From IMG/VR virus record IMGVR_UViG_3300006153_000061: a stretch of DNA of 35,850 nt. One strand, given 5' to 3'. The position numbers and the translations under genes were made by a program. Shown piece after piece: positions 30,995-35,850 of this stretch. Each line of letters begins with the position of its first letter. The first letter of the stretch is position 1. This DNA is from a virus. The notes beneath the pieces are model-generated. The model worked only from the letters and a program-made list of their open reading frames with translations. It was not told where the DNA came from and did not search any database.

Positions 30995-31534
30995 CTACTT
31001 TGTATCATAAGCTTTTTGTATTGCTTCAGCAAGCGATTGGGTATTACCTTCTTCTTTTTGTTTATTATTGATAATATCGTTTATATCTTTTAAGGCAGAG
31101 GTTAATTCTTTTAGTCCTTTTCTATCAATAATGTCTATAAATGATGTCTTTTGCTCTTTTTCTTCTATTGTTTCTTTTTTAGGCTTATTGCATTTGTAAT
31201 CATATTCTACTACTTTAGTTTTCGTTTTATTGGTTACTATATGCTTATCAAGTTCATTATTAGCTTGTATTATTTTTGCCAATAAATCATTCGCAACATC
31301 TTTTACTTGTATTATTTTGTCGGCTTCCTTTTCACTTTCTTTTTCTATGACCTTTTCTATAATTCTTGAACCTTTTTTGAACTCTTTTTGAACCTTTTTC
31401 TCATTCCAACCTTTTACAGCTTTTTGAGTACTACCATTACGTTTTATTCCTTTGTCTTTTAAAAAGCTACTTACTGATTTATAATCACTTAATATATATT
31501 CTTTTTCTAACTGCTTCCAGTCATATTTTGCCAT
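30995..31534 (-). CDS. Terminase small subunit-like protein
   Basis: MAKYDWKQLEKEYILSDYKSVSSFLKDKGIKRNGSTQKAVKGW; adjacent to TerL. Confidence 0.75.
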   Translation of the reverse strand: MAKYDWKQLEKEYILSDYKSVSSFLKDKGIKRNGSTQKAVKGWNEKKVQKEFKKGSRIIEKVIEKESEKEADKIIQVKDVANDLLAKIIQANNELDKHIVTNKTKTKVVEYDYKCNKPKKETIEEKEQKTSFIDIIDRKGLKELTSALKDINDIINNKQKEEGNTQSLAEAIQKAYDTK

Positions 31535-31807
31535 ACCTCCACCTCTATATTTTATTTGGTATTAAACCCTATCTGATTTTTCTTGTCTTTTTCTAGTATC
31601 AGTTTATTATTTTTAGTTTCTATCTCTATATAAGCTTTTTCGTAGTTAATATTATCTATTAGTTTATCTATTCTGTTTAAAACTGTCGTTTCTTTCATAT
31701 ATCTTTTTTTGCGCTTTTTAACTCTTTAGTAAACCTTCGACACTATTCTTTATTTTTTGTGCTATAATATTTTAGCGCGCGACACAAAAGAAAAAGGAGG
31801 GTTTTAG

Positions 31808-31954
31808 ATGCCTATAGCAACAGGGGAACGCATTGGAAGTGTCAATATTGATATATATGAGACACAAAATGGCGATACTTTCTTCTATATTCAAGGAAGT
31901 AACGAAAAAATTATTCCAATGTTGGACTATTTTTCAAAACTCTTTAGAAATTAA
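31808..31954 (+). CDS. 48-aa plus-strand protein in its own transcription unit
   Basis: MPIATGERIGSVNIDIYETQNGDTFFYIQGSNEKIIPMLDYFSKLFRN*; AAAGGAGGG SD, upstream TATAAT, downstream terminator. Confidence 0.65.
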   Translation: MPIATGERIGSVNIDIYETQNGDTFFYIQGSNEKIIPMLDYFSKLFRN

Positions 31955-31962
31955 CTAAAGAC

Positions 31963-31992
31963 AAGACTAACGAAATGTTAGTCTTTTTTTAG
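31963..31992 (+). terminator. Intrinsic terminator of the 48-aa ORF
   Basis: AAGACTAAC-GAAAT-GTTAGTCTT-TTTTT. Confidence 0.85.
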
Positions 31993-32515
31993 TTTCTGAT
32001 TCCATTTGTTCATATTCTCCTTTTATTGTTTTTTTCATAATTATGCTTATAACTTTAGATTTGCTTAAATTCCCTTTTGTATTTTCTATCTCTTGAATTA
32101 ATTTTTCTTTATAATTACTAACTTCTTCTTTTCTTGCTTCTTCAATTTCATTTTCTAATTTGCTTTTTCTTTTATTAAACTCATGCTCATTTATCTTGTA
32201 TATATTAAGTGTAGAATTTAAGTTTTCTATTTCTTTTTGCTTATTTCCTAATTTATTTTCTAATCTAGTAATTTCTTGTTTGTTTTCTTCATCTCTTTTT
32301 TGAAATTCGCTTAAAGTAACCAATGCACCTTCGTATAATTGCTTGTTTTTGATTTCTTCTTCTAGCTTGTCCTGTAATTCTATATTTTTTTGTTTAACTT
32401 GCCTTATTTCTTCGTATCCGTTTACTAGATATTGTTTTAAATCCGGAACTTTAATCTCTTTCACTTCAATTTTTTGTTTTTTAGGTATTAACGCTAATAT
32501 TTTCTCTTTAATCAT
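31967..32515 (-). CDS. Coiled-coil protein
   Basis: 182 aa with heptad-like Glu/Lys-rich region. Confidence 0.5.
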   Translation of the reverse strand: MIKEKILALIPKKQKIEVKEIKVPDLKQYLVNGYEEIRQVKQKNIELQDKLEEEIKNKQLYEGALVTLSEFQKRDEENKQEITRLENKLGNKQKEIENLNSTLNIYKINEHEFNKRKSKLENEIEEARKEEVSNYKEKLIQEIENTKGNLSKSKVISIIMKKTIKGEYEQMESETKKRLTFR

Positions 32516-32517
32516 TT

Positions 32518-32793
32518 CTAGCCTCCTACACTCTTATGTTTATCTAACATACATCCATCATTACTTCTATACAAGCACTTTACTTTCTTATGTAAGTAAT
32601 CTCGCTGTAATATTGTACACTTTCTACATTCAATCGGTATTGCTTTCTCAAATATTTCTTTTGCTCTTTTCTCTTTCATCATTATTTCGTAATCTGTCAT
32701 ACCATACACCTTCTTTGGATTGTCTAATGCACATACTTTACATTTTCTGTTGTATTCACTACATATTTTGTTTGCTTCTAAACATTTATACAT
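32518..32793 (-). CDS. Small Cys-rich protein
   Basis: Several CxxC-like motifs (CSEYNRKCKVCAL, CRKCTILQRDYLHKKVKCLY). Confidence 0.55.
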   Translation of the reverse strand: MYKCLEANKICSEYNRKCKVCALDNPKKVYGMTDYEIMMKEKRAKEIFEKAIPIECRKCTILQRDYLHKKVKCLYRSNDGCMLDKHKSVGG

Positions 32794-32813
32794 TTGTTTA
32801 CCTCTTATAATTT

Positions 32814-32887
32814 TGGCTCGGGAACTTAGATTCGAACTAAGAATAACAAGGTCAAAGCCTGTTGTTATACCATTTAACTATTCCCGA
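32814..32887 (-). tRNA. tRNA-Gln (anticodon UUG), CCA encoded
   Basis: Acceptor TCGGGAA/TTCCCGA, D stem GTTA/TAAC, anticodon loop CTTTGAC, T arm CTTAG-TTCGAAT-CTAAG, G73+CCA; U1-A72 typical of Gln. Confidence 0.9.
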
Positions 32888-33235
32888 ATATATAAGCCCA
32901 CTAGGAAGGCTATTTACTAAAGAATGGAGATCTGCATAGGAATATATATATATATATCAATTACCTAGTATATTGATAACACAATAAAAATAGAGCTTAC
33001 CATTTCTGATAAACTCTTTCTGTTTAATTTATGCCTATTTGTTTTCTAGTAATTTTATTATAGTATCTAGTTTTTCACATACATCGTCTAAATCATTAGC
33101 TGTACTTGGAATTTCATTTCTTGCATTTAGGTCATGTAATTGATCTTCAATTCCTTTGAGTCTTTCTTCTAATATTTTTTTTAATTCTTGTTCCATAACT
33201 ATCCTCCTTTTTTATAAGGATTATATCATAATTTA

Positions 33236-33262
33236 ATATAAAAAGCTAGATTTCTCTAGCTT
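33236..33262 (-). terminator. Intrinsic terminator, minus strand
   Basis: AAGCTAGA-TTTC-TCTAGCTT with U-run on the minus RNA. Confidence 0.8.
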
Positions 33263-33280
33263 ACCTAATAAGATATATAT

Positions 33281-33345
33281 TAGCACGGAGGCTTTATGAT
33301 ACTTGGACTTACGAGTTATTACTAACTGTATCATACTTCGTGCTA
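33281..33345. ncRNA. Nested three-stem structured element, strand unresolved
   Basis: TAGCACG/CGTGCTA, TATGATAC/GTATCATA, AGTTA/TAACT, all perfect and nested. Confidence 0.4.
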
Positions 33346-33419
33346 TTATATATATTAACATACTATTTTTGAAAAAACAGTGATTTTTCAGGTTATTTTC
33401 AGGTAGTTTTCAGGTAGTT

Positions 33420-33909
33420 TTATGTATTTAATATATCTTTCATCTTTTTGAGTGCATTTTCCTTTATATCCTTTAATCCTTCTTCAGTAATTTCTCTTTC
33501 TTTTCTATATTTATCATTGAAAGCAAATTCTACTTGTCTCCATTTCCAATTATCTATACACTTACATGTTATAATAAAATTTTCTTCTTCTGTTAACGAG
33601 CCTAATGCTATTTCTATTTGCTTTACTTCATATTCTAACATTCTTAATCTTGATTTGTCGTCCTTTATCCATTGTTTTACCAATTCTCTTGTTACTATTT
33701 GCTTTATTACTCTATTTTCAACTGGACTATTATTATTTTTTGCTTTTGGCATTCCGGTATGTATCTGAACTTTCATTTACAAAATATTCTGCTATTTCTT
33801 CATCTGTCATTGTATCTAAACATTCTTGCCAAAAATTTATTCTATTCTTAAGTGCATCTATTTTTCCCTGTGTTTTTCTTAAATTTTTTAAAGACTTCTC
33901 AATATTCAT
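33420..33909 (-). CDS. Phage late-gene/sigma-like regulator, +1 shift at CGG 33754-33756
   Basis: MNIEKSLKNLRKTQGKIDALKNRINFWQECLDTMTDEEIAEYFVNESSDTY[G]MPKAKNNNSPVENRVIKQI...NWKWRQVEFAFNDKYRKEREITEEGLKDIKE. The track gives only the 33776 start. Confidence 0.75.
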
Positions 33910-34118
33910 TTGTACCCCCCTCGCATAACATAGTTATATATTACCTTTTGAACTATTCCTAGTGCTTCATAATTCGTTATAAATCTTCCATCATGTCTAT
34001 GTCTTACACTAGCTCTTATTAATTTTATATTTTGATTATAGCTTCTCTTATATACTTTTGCTAAGTATTTTATGTCAAAGCCACTTTCCCACATTCTTAT
34101 TATCTCTTCTTCTCTCAT
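33906..34118 (-). CDS. Small hypothetical protein with HTH-like pattern
   Basis: 70 aa; ATGA overlap with the downstream 33909 start. Confidence 0.55.
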   Translation of the reverse strand: MREEEIIRMWESGFDIKYLAKVYKRSYNQNIKLIRASVRHRHDGRFITNYEALGIVQKVIYNYVMRGGYK

Positions 34119-34190
34119 ACTAGTAGTATTTGTTGTTAAGTAGTGTTTAATGCTGTTTCTTTATATTGTTTTTTCCTTAATATTACTCTC

Positions 34191-34514
34191 CTATAATAAT
34201 TCTTTTAGTGTATCAATTTCATTATTTACTACATCTGCCTCACTAAAACTTGTGTATGTATCACAGTTAATTAAACTTTCTTCTCTTTCTTTTATTTTAG
34301 TTTCTACTATTTGCTTAGATATATAATTTTGTTTTATTTTCTTATTCTTTTCCCTTAGTTCTTTATTTCTTTGGTTTCTCTTTTTATTTATTTTTAATAT
34401 TTCCTTTATAGCTTGTTTTAATTTTATGTTTTCTTCATCTAGAGTATGTCCTGTTTTCATTACATAACAATTTCTTAAAATATATAATGCTTCTTGTTCT
34501 GTCATTTCTTCCAT
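34191..34514 (-). CDS. Hypothetical coiled-coil protein
   Basis: 107 aa ORF. Confidence 0.45.
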   Translation of the reverse strand: MEEMTEQEALYILRNCYVMKTGHTLDEENIKLKQAIKEILKINKKRNQRNKELREKNKKIKQNYISKQIVETKIKEREESLINCDTYTSFSEADVVNNEIDTLKELL

Positions 34515-34633
34515 CTTCCCACCTCTTTCTTATTCTCTAGACATACTAGTTTTTTAATATTTCTTTAGCAACTTTAATAATAAACCAAATTGCTGTCACT
34601 GCTAAAGTTACTGCCTAAATTACTTTTCTATAT

Positions 34634-35098
34634 CTAATAGTTCTTGTAATTTATATAAGTTTTTTCATTGTTTAATATTCTAAAAATATCTTTCCAATGC
34701 TCTCTTTCTTCCTTAAGTTCTCCAATAATGTCAGCATTATTTACCTTATCATCATCTATATAATCTTCTATATCTTCTGTTAAATGTTCTTTATGCCAAT
34801 TTGCATATTCTTTTATATTTTCTACTAAAATATCATATTTATTTGCTTTAGCTTGCAGTTTTGCTAAATCTTCTGTATATGATAAGTTATCTTTATCCTT
34901 CTGTTCTAAATTTTCTATAATTCTTTCTATTGGCTCTATTCTTAATGTTACAAATACATTATCTTCGCAAAATTCTCTAGAAAAATGTATTTCATTTTTT
35001 ACATAATCAACTATATTTTTTATATGCATTATTGCTTTTTCTCCTTCCATTTTATTATAAAATTGTCTAATAATTCTTCTATATGCTCTTCTGTCCAT
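34634..35098 (-). CDS. Hypothetical phage protein
   Basis: 154 aa ORF. Confidence 0.5.
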   Translation of the reverse strand: MDRRAYRRIIRQFYNKMEGEKAIMHIKNIVDYVKNEIHFSREFCEDNVFVTLRIEPIERIIENLEQKDKDNLSYTEDLAKLQAKANKYDILVENIKEYANWHKEHLTEDIEDYIDDDKVNNADIIGELKEEREHWKDIFRILNNEKTYINYKNY

Positions 35099-35427
35099 AC
35101 AGGCTTTTGTGTCTCATCTACACTGCTTATCAAATAATCATATAATGTTTGATATGATACTGATTGGTTTTCTTTTTTTAGCTCTAGTTCATTATATAAA
35201 TCAATCATTCTTTCTGCATAAGCTTCACTTTCTTGTTTTATTGCATTATTTTTTATTCTTATTTCTTCGTTTTCTCTTTCAAGTCTTTCTCTATCTGCTA
35301 ATATGTTTTCTAAAATATTAATTGGTACATAAGTTCCAGCTGCATCACATGTTTTTATTTTATTTATTCTAGCAATTTCTTCTTTTAATGTCTCTATATC
35401 TTCTTCTATATTTGTTTTATTGTTCAT
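35029..35427 (-). CDS. Hypothetical phage protein
   Basis: 132 aa ORF overlapping the next. Confidence 0.5.
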   Translation of the reverse strand: MNNKTNIEEDIETLKEEIARINKIKTCDAAGTYVPINILENILADRERLERENEEIRIKNNAIKQESEAYAERMIDLYNELELKKENQSVSYQTLYDYLISSVDETQKPVWTEEHIEELLDNFIIKWKEKKQ

Positions 35428-35469
35428 TTTGTTATTCCTCCAATATTTTTAATTTTTTTACAAAAATAC

Positions 35470-35498
35470 TTGACATTTTTTGTAAAGTTAAATATACT
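35470..35498 (+). promoter_or_regulatory. Consensus-like sigma-A promoter
   Basis: TTGACA, 17-nt spacer, TATACT. Confidence 0.75.
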
Positions 35499-35563
35499 TT
35501 TGTATAAGTGTATATATTAAATTTCATTATTAATTATTATTTAAAATTAAGGAGGTTTTCAAA

Positions 35564-35692
35564 ATGAAAGATTTTTTGTCAGCCCTTGTTCAAATAATAA
35601 AAAATTACGAAAGGCATCCGATATTAGCCGCACTTGCAATATTTACAATATTAATAATATCTATACTTTTTATTATATTTCTACTGAAATAA
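35564..35692 (+). CDS. 42-aa single-TM peptide
   Basis: AAGGAGG SD; MKDFLSALVQIIKNYERHPILAALAIFTILIISILFIIFLLK*. Confidence 0.6.
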   Translation: MKDFLSALVQIIKNYERHPILAALAIFTILIISILFIIFLLK

Positions 35693-35850
35693 CTGTTGTT
35701 ATTTCCCTAATTGAATATATAAATGATAGCTTTTGCTATAATACTTTTAATGAATTTAAAAGCGCACTATACGTGCATATTGTAAAGAAGATCTATATTT
35801 ATAGATTTTCTTTTTTTGCTTTCCTTTCAACATATTGTTTTATGCAATTC

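Noticed and set aside
696-31010. Plus-strand ORFs antisense to minus-strand genes (e.g. 696, 1699, 2678, 13028, 14345, 16077, 17984, 21758, 22276, 30258)
   Set aside because: Low-complexity hydrophobic or Ser-rich translations opposite well-supported phage genes; shadow ORFs.
32930-32970. AT dinucleotide tract (tatatatata) as a functional repeat
   Set aside because: Common in such AT-rich intergenic DNA; no further support.
33281-33345. Calling the nested hairpin the frameshift-suppressing tRNA-Gly
   Set aside because: No recognizable anticodon arm with NCCG and no T loop; I cannot support this beyond suggesting a test.
5620-33756. Broken genes interpreted as sequencing/assembly indels or prophage decay
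   Set aside because: Insertion errors or decay should fall in all codon phases and contexts. All 14 sites found are an extra C exactly before an in-frame GGN glycine codon, and many other GG or CGG contexts are unaffected. Raw reads are still needed for final exclusion.
5620-33756. Simple codon reassignment of CGG (e.g. to Gln or Trp)
   Set aside because: Reassignment alone would not restore the reading frame; homology requires a +1 shift at each site.
5620-33756. Conventional programmed +1 frameshift requiring P-site slippage, a stimulatory stop or a pseudoknot
   Set aside because: Preceding and following contexts vary and there is no stop codon at the sites; only CGG is shared.
1-35850. 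CRISPR array, diversity-generating retroelement, transposon or retron
   Set aside because: No regularly spaced repeats, reverse transcriptase or transposase seen; the only recombinase is the serine integrase.

Overview
AT-rich Firmicutes-type siphophage/prophage. Most genes are on the minus strand: recombination and early genes, a CI/Cro switch with a large serine recombinase, lysis genes, tail, an accessory cassette, head, portal, terminase, a tRNA and small regulatory genes. The main observation is systematic. At 14 places an annotated-looking gene is broken, and each break lies exactly at an in-frame CGG codon. In every case, skipping the C (+1) restores the correct frame and the codon becomes GGN (Gly), often at a conserved glycine such as the CI/LexA core, Walker B DEASG, or a GYAGIFG repeat. 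My manual scan found no in-frame CGG read as Arg, while many out-of-frame CGG triplets (e.g. GAC GGA, GGC GGA, CCG GAT) cause no shift. TerL needs three such events, the tape measure two and CI two. This looks like a global decoding rule (CGGN read as Gly with +1 shift, by quadruplet decoding or hungry-codon skipping), not pseudogenization, and resembles the AGG/CCC frameshifting reported for Perkinsus mitochondria. Other items: a conventional -1 slippery site (T TTT TTC) in the tail assembly chaperone gene; an ORF at the left edge fusing a phage HNH protein to a histidine-kinase HisKA segment (probable integration junction); a Panacea/membrane-protein/DUF2513-like cassette inside the tail operon; a tRNA-Gln(UUG); several structured RNA or terminator candidates; and operator and promoter-associated motifs. 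All work was by eye with no searches; domain names are from recognition.
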